From the human T2T-CHM13v2.0 reference genome, Homo sapiens, in assembly GCF_009914755.1 (NCBI RefSeq), contig NC_060932.1: a stretch of 64,000 nt of DNA. One strand, written 5' to 3'. The notes under the pieces were generated by a model. It searched no databases and was not told where the DNA came from. It saw only the letters and a program-made list of their open reading frames with translations. This document shows positions 39,689-51,358 of this stretch, in pieces. Made by a program: the position numbers and the translations under genes. Every line of letters starts with the position of its first letter. Positions within the stretch are counted from its first letter, which is position 1.

Positions 39689-42600
39689 AATTAAGCAGAT
39701 GGAAAACACTTTTTTTTGGAGAATCTGTGAAGGGACATTTGAGAGGTTATTGAGGTCTATAGGTAAAAAGAGATTATACTCAGATAAAAACTAGAAAGAA
39801 GATATTTTTGAAACTGCTTTGTAACGTGTGGATTCATATCACAGAGTTAAATTTTTGTTTTAATTCAACATGTTGGAAACACTTTTTTGTAGAATCTGTG
39901 AAGGGACATTTGAGAGCTTATTAAGGCCTATGGGGAAAAGGAGAATATACTCAGATAAAAACTAGAAAGAAGATATCTGTGAAAGTTCTTTGAAATGTGT
40001 GGATTCATATCACAGAGCCAAACCTTTCTTTTGATTCAATAGGTTGGAAATACTCTTTTTGGAGTTCTGCAAAGGGACATTTGGGAGCCAATTGAGGCCC
40101 ATTTGGAAAAACCTAATATTCTCAGATAAAAACCAGAAAGGAGCTATCGGTGAAACTCATGCGAGATGTGTGGATTTGCCTCACAGACTTTAACCTTACC
40201 TTTGATTCAGCAGGTTGGAAACACTCTTTTTAAATGTCTGTGAAAGGACATTTTGGAGCCCATTGAGAACTATGGAGAAAAAACGAATATCCCCAGTAAA
40301 AAACTAGAAAGAAGCTATCCATAAAACTGCTTTGTGATATATGGATTCATCTAACACAGGTAAATCTTTCTTTTCATTCAGCAGGGTGGAAACACTCTTT
40401 TTGGTGAAAGTGCAAAGAGACATTTGGGAATCCATTGAAGCCCATCGGGAAAAACTGAATATCCCCAGATAAAAACTAGAAAGATGATATCTGTGAAACT
40501 ACTTTGTGATCTGTGGAATCATGTCGCAAATTAAACCTTTCTTTTGATTCATTAGGAAACACTCTTTTTGGAGAATACATTTGCCAGCCAAAAGAGACCT
40601 ATGGTGATAAACCACAATTCCTCAGATAAAAACTAGAAAGAAACTGTGTAACTGCTTTTTGATTTGTGGATTCATCTTACACAGTTGAACTTTCCTTTTT
40701 ATTCAGTGGGTTGGAAACACTCTTTTTGTAGAATCTGTTAAAGGACATTTGGGAAACCATTTAGGCCTATAGTGAAAAATCGAATATCCACTGATAAAAA
40801 CTAGAAAGAACTTATCCGTGAATCCTCTTTGTGATGTGTGGATTCATCTCACAGAGGTAAAGTTTTCTTTTGATTCAGCAGGTTGCAAAAACTCTTTTTA
40901 TGGAATCTGTGAAGGAACATTTGGGAATCCAATGAGGCCTATGGGGAAAACATGAATATACCCAGATAAAAACTGGGAAGAAACTATTCGTGGAACTGCT
41001 TTGTGATGTGTGTACTCATCTCACAGAGTTAAAACATTCCTTTGATTCAGCAGTTGGGAAACACTCTTTTTATAGAATACACGAATGGATACTTGGGAGT
41101 CAATTGAGCGTAGGGGAAAAACACAATATCCCCAGATAAAAGCTAGAAAGAAGTTATCTGTGAAACTGCTTTGTGACATTTGGATTTATCTCAGAGTTAA
41201 AATTTTCTTTTGATTCAGCAAGTTTGAAACACTCTTTTTGTAGAATCTGTGAGGAGACATTTGGGAGCCCTCTGAGGCCTATGAGGAAAAACCAAATATC
41301 CTCAGACAAAAACTAGAAAGAACCTATCTGAGAAACTCCTTTGTGATATGTGGATTCAGCTCAGAGAGTTAAAGTATTATTTTGTTTCAGCAGGTTGGAA
41401 ACACTCTTTTTGGAATATGCAAAGGGACATTCTGCAGTTCATTGAGTAATAAGGGAAAAAAGGGGTATTCCCAGTTAAAACTAGAAAGTGGTTAGTTATC
41501 CATGAAACTGCTCTGTGGTGTGTGGATTCATCTCACAGGGTTAAAACTTTCTTTTGATTCAGCAGGGTAAAGACACACTTTTTGAAGAATCTGTGATGTA
41601 ACATTTGGGAGCCCATTGAGGCCTATAAGGAAAAACTACATATCCCCAGATAAAAACTAGAAAGGCGCTATCTGTGAATCTGCTTTTTGATGTGTCGATT
41701 CATCTAACTGAGTTAAAACTTTCATTCAACACAGCAGGTTGGATACACTGTTTTTGGAGAATGTGCAAAGGGACATGTGAGAGCCCATTGAGGCCCATGG
41801 AGAAAAACAGAATATCCCCAAAGAAAAACTAGAAAGAAAATACCTGTGGAACTGCTTTGTGATATGTGAATTCATTTCAGAGCATTAAACCTTTCTTTTG
41901 ATTCAGTAGGTTGGAAAAACTGTTTTGGAAAATCTGCAAAGGGACATTTGGGAGTCCATTGAGCACGATAAGGTAAAACCAAATATTTCCAGATGAAAAC
42001 TAGAAAGAAGCTATTGGAGAAATTAGATCATGATGCATATATTCACCTCACAGAGTGAAACCTTAATTTTGATACAGTAGTTTGGAAACACTCTTTTTAA
42101 AAGATAAGGGAAGGGATAATTGGGAGCCCATTGAGGGTTAAGGGAAAAACCAAATATCCAAAGATAAGAGCTAGAAAAAATCTATCTGTGAAAATGCTTT
42201 GGGATGTGTGGGTTCATCTCACAGAGTTAAAGCTCTTTTTGAGTCAGTATGCTGGAATCACTCCTTTTCTAGAAACTGCAAAGGGCCATTTTAGAGGCAA
42301 TTGGGGTCTATGGGGAAAACCTGAATATTCCCAGGTAAGAACTATAAAGAAGTTATTCATGAAACTGCGTTGTGATGTGTGGATTCATCTCACAGAGTTG
42401 AACCTTTCTCTTGTTCAAGCAGGTTGGAAACACTCTTATTGTGGAATATGTGAAGTGACATTTATGAGCCCTTTGAGGCTTGTGGGGATAAACTGAATAT
42501 CCCCAGATAAAAACTAGACAGAAGTTATCCTTGAATCCACTTTGTGATGTGTGGATTCACCTCACAGAGGTAAAGCTTTGTTTTGATTCAGCAAGTTGGA

Positions 42601-45600
42601 AACAGTCTTTGTATAGAATATGTGAGAGGATCTTTGGGAGCCCATTGAAGCATAGGGGAAAAACTGAATATTCCCAGATAAAAACTACAAAGAAACTCTC
42701 TGTGAAACTGCTTTGTGATGTTTGGATTCATCTCACAGATTTAAACTTCTTTTCTTTTGATTCAGCAGGTTTGTAACACTTTTTTTTTTTGTAGAATCTC
42801 TGAAGAGAAATTTGGGAGCCCACTGAGAGCATTGGGGAAAAACAGAATATTCTCAGATAAAAACTAGAAAAAGCACTATTTAAAACTTCTTTGTGATGTG
42901 TGGATTCATCTCACAGATTTAAATCTTTCTTTTGATTCAACACTTTGTAAAATCTCCTTTATAGAATCTGCAAAGGGACATTTGGCAGCTTATTGAGGAC
43001 TATGGGGAAAAACGGAATATCCCTAGTTAAAAACTAGAAAGACACTATCTGTGAAACTGCTTCAGGATGTATGGATTCATCTAACACTGTTATACCTTTC
43101 TTTTGATTCGGCACATTGGAATCACTCTTTTTGGAGAATCTACAAAGGGACATTTAGGTGCTCATTGTGGTCTATGGGGAAAAACAGAATATCCCCAGAT
43201 GAAAACTAGAAAGAAACTATCTGTGAAGCCACTTTGAGATGTGTGGATTCATATCACAGAGCTCAACCTTTCTTTTGATTCAGCAAGTTGGAAACACTCT
43301 TTATACAGAGTATGTGAAGGGACACTTGTGAGCCCATATGGGCCCTTGGGGAAAAAGTGAATATTCTCAGATAAAAACTAGGAAGAAGCTATCCATGAAA
43401 TTACTTTGTGATGTGTGAATTCATCTCACAGTTAAATATTTCTATTTGATTCAGCAGGTTGGAAACACTCCTTATGTAGATTCTGTGAAGGGATATTTGG
43501 GAGCTTATTAGAACTATGGGGAAAAACAAAATATCCCCAGAAAAAAATGAGGAAGAAACTGTCTGTGAAAATGCTTTGTAATGTGTGGATTCATCTTACA
43601 GAGTGAAACATTTCTTTTGATTCAGCAGGTTGGAAACACTGTTTTTGGAGAATCTGCAGAGGGACATTTGGGATCCAATTTTGGTTTAGGGGGTAAAACG
43701 GAATACTATCATATAAAAACTAGAAAGAAGACATCTGTGGAACTGCTTTGTGATGTGTGGATTTATCTCATAATGTTAAGCCTTTTTTTTTTATTCATCT
43801 CATAGGAAGCACTCTTTTTAGAGAATCTGTGAAGGAACATTTTTGTGCACGATGAGGCCTAAATCAAAAAAAACCTGAATATCCCCAGATAAAAACTAGA
43901 AAGACACAATTCATGAAATCATTTTCTGATGTGTGGATTCACATCACAGAGTTAAACCTTTCTTTTGATTCAGGAGGTTGGAATCACTGCTTGGGAGAAT
44001 CTGCAAAGGGACATTTTGGAGCCCATTGTGGCCTATGGCAAAATGTGAATATCCCCAGATAAAAACTAGAAAGAAGCTATCTGTGAATCTGCTTTGAGAT
44101 GTGTGGATTCATCTCACAGAGCTAAATCTTTCTCTTGATTTAGCAGGTTGGAAACACTCTTTTTGGAAAATCTGCAAAGGGACATTTTGGAGCCTATATG
44201 GGCCTATGGGGACAAACTGAATACCCTTAAAAAAAAACTAAGAAGAAGCTATGCATGAAATTGCTTTGTGACGTATGGATTCTTCTCACAGAGGTAAACG
44301 TTTCTATTGATTAAGCAGGTTGAATACACTCCTTTTGTAGAATCTGCGAATGGACATTTTGGATATTATTGAGAACTATGGGGAAAAACAGAATATCTCC
44401 CCCCTCCCCCCCCAAAAAAAACTAGAAAGAAGCTATGTGTGAAACTGCATTGTAACTTGTGGATTCATCTCACAGAGTTAAACCTTTCCTTTTTGACTCA
44501 GCAGGTTGGAAACACTCTTTTTGGAGAATCTGAGATGAGAGATTTGGGATCCCATTGTGGTTTATGGGCAAAACGGAATACTCTCAGATAAAAACTAGAA
44601 AGAAGCTATCTATGAAAATGCTTTGTGATGTGTGGATTCATCTCACAGTGTTAAAACTTGCTTTTGGTTCATCACGTTGGAAACACTCTTTTTAGAGACT
44701 CTGTGAAGGGACATCTGAGTGGTCGATAAGACCTAGATCAAAAAAATTAATACCCTAGATAAAAACTAGAAAGAAGCAATCTGTGAAACTGCTTTGTGAT
44801 GTGTGGATTTATCTCACAGAACTACAACTTTCTTTAGATTCAGCTGGTTGGAAACAGTGTTTTTGTAGAATCTGCAAAGTAACATTTGGGAGCCCTTAGA
44901 GCCCTATGGGGAAAAACCGAATATCCTCAGATAAATAGTAAAAGAAGCTATCTGAGAAACCACTTTGTGATGTGTGGATTCATTTCACGAAGATAAAACT
45001 TTCTTTTGCTTCAGCAGGTTGGAAACGCAGTTTTTGAAGAATCTGCAAAGAAAGATTTTGGAGTACATTGAGGCCTATATGAAAAAAAACAGAGTATCCC
45101 CAAATAAAAACTATAAAGATGTTATCTGTGAAATTACTTTCTCATGTATGGATTCAACTCACAAAGTTAAAACTTTCTGTTGGTTCAGCAGCTTGGAAAC
45201 CCCCTTTCTGAGAATCTGGAAAGGGAAAATCTTTAGTCCATTGAGGTCTATGGAAAAAAAACTGAATATTCTCGAAAAAAAAAAAAACTGGAAAGAAGCT
45301 ATCTGTGAAACTGCTTTATGATGTGTGGGTTCATCTTAGAGTTAAACATTTCTTGTGATTCAGCATGTTGGAAACATTATTTTTGGAGAATCTTCGAAGG
45401 GACATTTGGGAGACCATTGAGGCCTATGAGGAAAATATGAATATCTCCAGTTAAAAACTTGAAAAAAGCTATCTGTGAAACAGATTTGAGATGTGTGGAT
45501 TCATCTCACAGAGTTAAATCTTTCTTTCAATTTATCATGTTGGAAACACTCTTTTTGGAAAATCTGTGGGGAAATATTTGAGCTTCCATTGAGGTCTATT

Positions 45601-48600
45601 GAGAAAAACTGAATATCCCTAGATAAAAACTAGAAAGAAGCTATCTGTGTAACTTATTTATATGTTTGGAATAATCTCACAGAGTTAAACCATTTTTTTG
45701 ATTCAGCAGTTTTTAAACACTCTTATTGGAGAATCTGCAAAGGGAAATTTTGAAGCATATTCAGGCCTATGGAGAAATACTGAATATACCCAATTAAAAA
45801 CTAGAAATAAACTATCTGTGAAACTGCTTTGTGATGTGTAGATTAATCTCAAAAATTAAAACTTTCTTTTGATTCAGCAGGGTTGGAAACAGTTCTTTTG
45901 AAGAATCTGTGAAGGGATATTTGGGAGCACTTTAAGGCCTATGGGGAAAAACCGATTATCCCCAGATGAAAACTTGAAAGAAGCTATCTGTGAAACTGCT
46001 TGGAGATGTAATGATTCATTTCACAGAGTTAAACCTTTCTTTTTATTTAGCCAATTGGAAACCGTTTTTTTTTGGAGAATCTGTAAAGGGCCATTTAAGG
46101 GCCCTTTGAGGTCAATAAGGAAAAAGAAAATATCCCCAGATAAGCACTATAAAGAAGCTCTCTGTGAAACTGCTTTCTGATGTGTGAATTCATGTCACAG
46201 AGTTAAACCTTTCATTTGATTCAGCAGGTTGGAAACACTCTTTTTGGATAATGTGCAAAGTGACATTTGAGACCCCTTTGAGGCCTATGGGGAAAAACCA
46301 CATATACCCAGAAAAAACTAGAAAGAAGCTATCAGTGAAACCGTTTTGTGATGTGTGGATTCATCTCACAGGTTTCCAACTTTCTTTTGATTCAGCAGGT
46401 TGGAAACACAGCTTTTGTAGAATCTTCGAAAGGACATTTGGGAGTCTAATTAGACCAATGAGGAAAAACAGAATATACACAAATAAGAACTACAAAATAG
46501 CTACCTGTAAAACTGTTTTGTGATGTGAGGATTTATCTCACAGAGGTAAACCTCGCTTTTCATTCACCAGGTTGGAAACATTCTTTTTGGTTAATCTGTG
46601 AAGAAACATATGAGAGCCCTTTGAGGACTATGGAGAAAATCTGAATATCCTTAGATAAAAACGAGAAAGAAGCTATCTTTGAAACTGCTCTGTGATGTGT
46701 GTATACATTTCACAGAGTTAAACCATTCTTTTTTTTTCAGCATATTGGAAACTCTTTTTGGAGAATCTGTGAAGGGACATTTCAGAGCCCATTGTTACTT
46801 ACAAAGACAAACTGAATATCCACAGATAACATCCAGAAAGAAGTTATCTGTGAAACTGCTTTGCGATGTGTGGATTCATCACACAGAGTTAAATGTTTCT
46901 TTCAATTCTTCAGGTTGGAAATATTGTTTTTGAAGAATCTGTGAAGGTACATTTGGGATCCCATTGAGGCCTATGGGGAAATCTGGAATATCCCCAAATA
47001 AAAACTAGAAAGAAGCTATCTGTGAAACTGCTTTGTAATTTGTGGATTCATCTCACAGAGTTAAAACTTTCTTTTGATTAGGAGGTTGGATACATTCTTT
47101 TTCGAGAATCTGTGAAGGGGCATTTGGGACCCCATTGAGGCCTATGGGGGAAAAAAATACACCCCCCAAAAAACTCAAAGAAACTATCTGTGAAATGGTT
47201 TTCTGATGAGTGGATTCATTTCATAGAGTTAAACTTTTCTTTTAATTGGGAGTCCAATGAGGCCTATGAATAAAACTGAATATTCTTTTGTTTCAACAGG
47301 CTGGAAACATTCGTTTTGCAGAATCTGCAAAGGGACATTTTGTAACTGTTATAACCTATGGGGAAGAAAAGAATATCCCAAGAAAAAAAGGAAAATAAAA
47401 CTATCTGTGAAACTGCATTGGGATGTGTGGATATCTCTCACATAGTTCAATTGTTCTTTTGATTCAGCAGTTTGGAAACACTCTTCTTGGAGAATTTGTG
47501 AAGGAACATTTGGGAGCCCATTGAGGTTTTTGGAAAAAAAAAAACGAATATCCCCAGACAAATACTAGAAAGAAACTATCTGTGAAAATGCTTTGCAATT
47601 TGTGGATTCATCTCAGAGCGTTAAACCTCTCTTCTGATTCACTGTTGTTGGAGTGAATCACTCTTGGAACCACTCTTGTTGGAGAATTTGTGAAGGGACA
47701 TTTAAGTGCTCAAAGAGGCCTTTGTGGGGTATCCCCAGATAAAAACGAGAAAGAAGCTATCTGTGAAACTTCTTTGGAATGTGTGAATTCATCTCACAAA
47801 TATAAACTTTTCTTTTGATCCAACTGGTTAAAGACACTGTTTTTGGAGAACATGAGGAGGGAAATTGAAGAGCCCATAGAGGCCTAAGCATAAACACTGA
47901 ATATCCCCAGATAAGAACTAGAAAGATGTTATCTGGGAAACTGCTTTTTGATGTGTGGATTAATCTCATAGATTTGAAAATTTCTTTAGATTCAACCAGT
48001 TGTTAACACTCTTTTTCTGTAATCTGTGAGGGGACATTTGGAAGCCCATTGAGGCCTATGTGGAGAAATTCAATGGGCCAAGATAAAAGGAAAAAGAAGA
48101 TATCTGGTAAACTCTTTTGTGATGTGTGGATTCATCTCATAGAGTTAAACCTTCCTTTTGCTTCAGCAGCCTGGAAATACTGTTTTGAAGAATCTGTGAG
48201 TGGACTTTTGGAGCTTATTGAGGCCTATTTGGAAAAACAATATATCCCCAGATAAAAACTAGAATGAAGCTATCTGTGAAACTGCTTTGTTCTGTGTGGA
48301 TTAATCTCAAAGAATTAACCTTTTCGTTATATCCAGTTGGTTGGAAACACTATGGAGAATCTGTGAAGTGACAATTTGGAGCCATTTGAGGCCTTTGGGG
48401 AAAAACTGACTATCTTCAGATAAAATCTAGAAAGAAGATATAAGTGAAACTGCTCTGTGATGTGTGGATTCACGTCAAAGTGTTAAAACTTTCTTTTGAT
48501 TCAGCAGGTTGGAAATACTTTTTTTGTGAAGTTTGCAATTGGACATATTTGAGCCCATTGAAGCTTATGGGATAAAGCTGAACATCCCTACTTAAAAAGA

Positions 48601-51340
48601 ACAAAGAAGACTCTACCTGTGAAAGTGCTTTGGGATGTGTGGATTCATCTCACAGGGTTAAACCTTTTTTTTATTCAACTGGTTGGAAACACTCTTTTTG
48701 TAGGATCTGTGAAGGGACATTTGAGATCCCATTGAGGCCTTTGGGGAAAAACCGAATATCCAAAAATAAAAACCAGAAAGAAGCTATTTGTGAAACTGCT
48801 TTGTGATGCATGGATTAATCTCACAGAGTTAAACTTCATTATATCCAGCAGGTTGGAAACACTCTTTTTGGAGGATCTGTTGAGGAGACATTTGGGAGCC
48901 CATTGAGGATTTGGGGAAAAAACGAATATCCCCATATAAACTTGGAAGAAGCTATCTGAGAAACTGTTTTTTGATGTGTGGATTCATTTCAAAGAGTTAA
49001 AACTTTATTTTGATTCAGCACGTTGGATATATTTTTTTGTAGAATTTGCGAATGGACACTTGTGAGCCCATTTAAGCCTACAGAATAATGTGGAACATCC
49101 CCACATAAAAAGAAAGAAAGTATCTGTGAAAATGCTTTGTGATTTGTGGATTCATCTCAAAGAGTTAAACCTTTTTTTTCATTGAGCAGGTTGGAAACAC
49201 TCTTTCTGAAGAATCTGCAAAATGATATTATGGAACTCATTGAGTCCTAAGGGGAAAAACAGAATATCCCTAAATAAAAACTAGAATGAAGCTATTTGTG
49301 AAACTGATTTGTGATGTGTGGATTCATCTCACAGAGTTAAACCTTTCTTTTGATCCAACAGGTTGGAAACACACTTTTTGTAGATATTCAAAGAAATATT
49401 TTGTAGCCCATTGAGGTCTATAAATAAAAACTGAATATCCCCAGATAAAGACTAGAAAGAAGCTATATGTGCATTGCTTTGTGATGTGTGAATTCATCTC
49501 ACAGAATTAAAACTTTGCTTTGATTCAGCAGGTTGGAAAGAATCTTTCTGGAGAATCTGCAAAGGAACATTCAAAATCCTATTGAAGCCTATAGGAAAAA
49601 GAGAATATCCTCACCTAAAAACTAGAAAGAAGCTATCTGTGAAACTGATGTGATGTGTGGATTCATATCATACAGTTAAAACTTTCTTTATATCCAGCAG
49701 GTTGGATACACTCTTTTTGTAGAGTCTGAGAAGGGACATTTTGGAGTGAATTGAGTCCTGTGGGAAAAAACTGAACATCTTTACATAAAAAGAAGAAATA
49801 TGCCATCTCTGAAAGTGCTTTGTGATGTGTGGATTTATCTACCAGAGATAAACCTTTCTCTTGATTCAGCAGCTTGCAAACACTCTTTCTTTAGAATCTG
49901 GGAAGGGAAATTTGGGAGCCCATTGTGATCTTTAAGTAAAAACCAAATAGCCCCATATAAAAACTAGAAAGAAGCTAGCTGTGAAATGCTTTTTTATGTG
50001 TGGATTCATCTCACATACTTAAATCTTTTGTTTTGTATAACAGGTTGGAAATACTCTTTTTGTGGAATCTCCAAAGAGACATTTGGAAGCCCTTAGAGGA
50101 CTATGGAAAAAAATGAATATGCCCGTATAAAAAATAGAAAGAATATTTCTATGACACTACTTTGTGATGTCTGGATTAATCTCACAGAGTAAACCTTTCT
50201 TTTGATTCAGAATGTTGGAAGCACTTTTTTTGGATGTCCTGCAAAGAAACTTTTGGGAACCCATTGAGAGTGAAAGGAAAAAACAGAATATCCCCAGATG
50301 AATACTACAAAGAAGCTATCACTGTAACTGCTTTGTGACGTGTGGATTCATCTCACATACATAAACTTTGGTTTTATACAGCAGCTTGGAAACACTGTTT
50401 CTTGGAGAATCTGTGAAGGGACATTTAGGAGACCACTGAAACCTGTAAAAATAATCTGAATATCACCACACAAAAGCTAGAAAGAAGCTATCTGTGAAAC
50501 TGCTTTGTAATGTGGTGAATCACCTCACAGAGTCAAACCTTACTTTTCATTCAGCCTGTTGGAAACACTATTTTTAGAGAATCTGTGAAGGGACATTTGG
50601 AAGAACATTGAGACTAATGGAGAAAAACTGAATATCCTCATATAAAAACTAGAAAGAAGCTGTATGTGAAACTGCTTTATGATGTGTGGACTCACCTCAC
50701 AGAGTTAAACATTTCTTTTCATCCTGCAGGTTGGAAACAATCTTTTTGTAGAATCTGCCAGGGGACAATTTGGGAACGTATTGAGGCCTGTTTGGAAAAA
50801 CCAAATATTCCCTGAAAAAAACTAGAATGAAGCTATGTGTGAAGCTGCATGGTGATGTGTGGATTCATCTCACAGAGTTAAACATTTCTTTTCATTCGGC
50901 AGGTTGGAAACACCCTTTTTAGAGAATCTTTGAAAGAACGTTTGGAAGCCCATTGAAGCCAATTTGGAAAAACAGAATATTGCCAAATAAAACAAAAACT
51001 AGAAAGAAGAGGTCTGTGAAATTGCTTGGTGATGAGTAAATTCAACTCACAGAGTTAAACCTTCGTTTTGATCCAGCAGGTTGGAAAAACTTTTTGTAGA
51101 TTCTGTGAAGGAATGTTTGGGAGCCCATTGGGGCCTGTAAGTAAAAATCAAATATCCCCAGAAGAAAACTAGAAATAAGCTATCTGGGAAACAGCTTTGT
51201 GATGTGTGAATTCATCTCACAGAGTTAAACCTTTCCTTTGAATCAGCAGGTTGGAGAAATTATTTGTAGAGAAACCGTTAAGGGACATTTGTGAGCCCAT
51301 TGAGACCTATGGGGAAAAAATGAATATCCCCATAAAACTA

Positions 51341-51358
51341 GATAAAACTAGTTTTATC
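51341..51358. repeat. Perfect 18-bp palindrome within a small insertion
   Basis: gataaaactagttttatc equals its own reverse complement. Confidence 0.93.

Noticed and set aside
44397-44421. C-rich tract (G-rich on the - strand) as a regulatory or G-quadruplex element
   Set aside because: It is a short expansion of the monomer's atcccc run in a single monomer, with no support for function.
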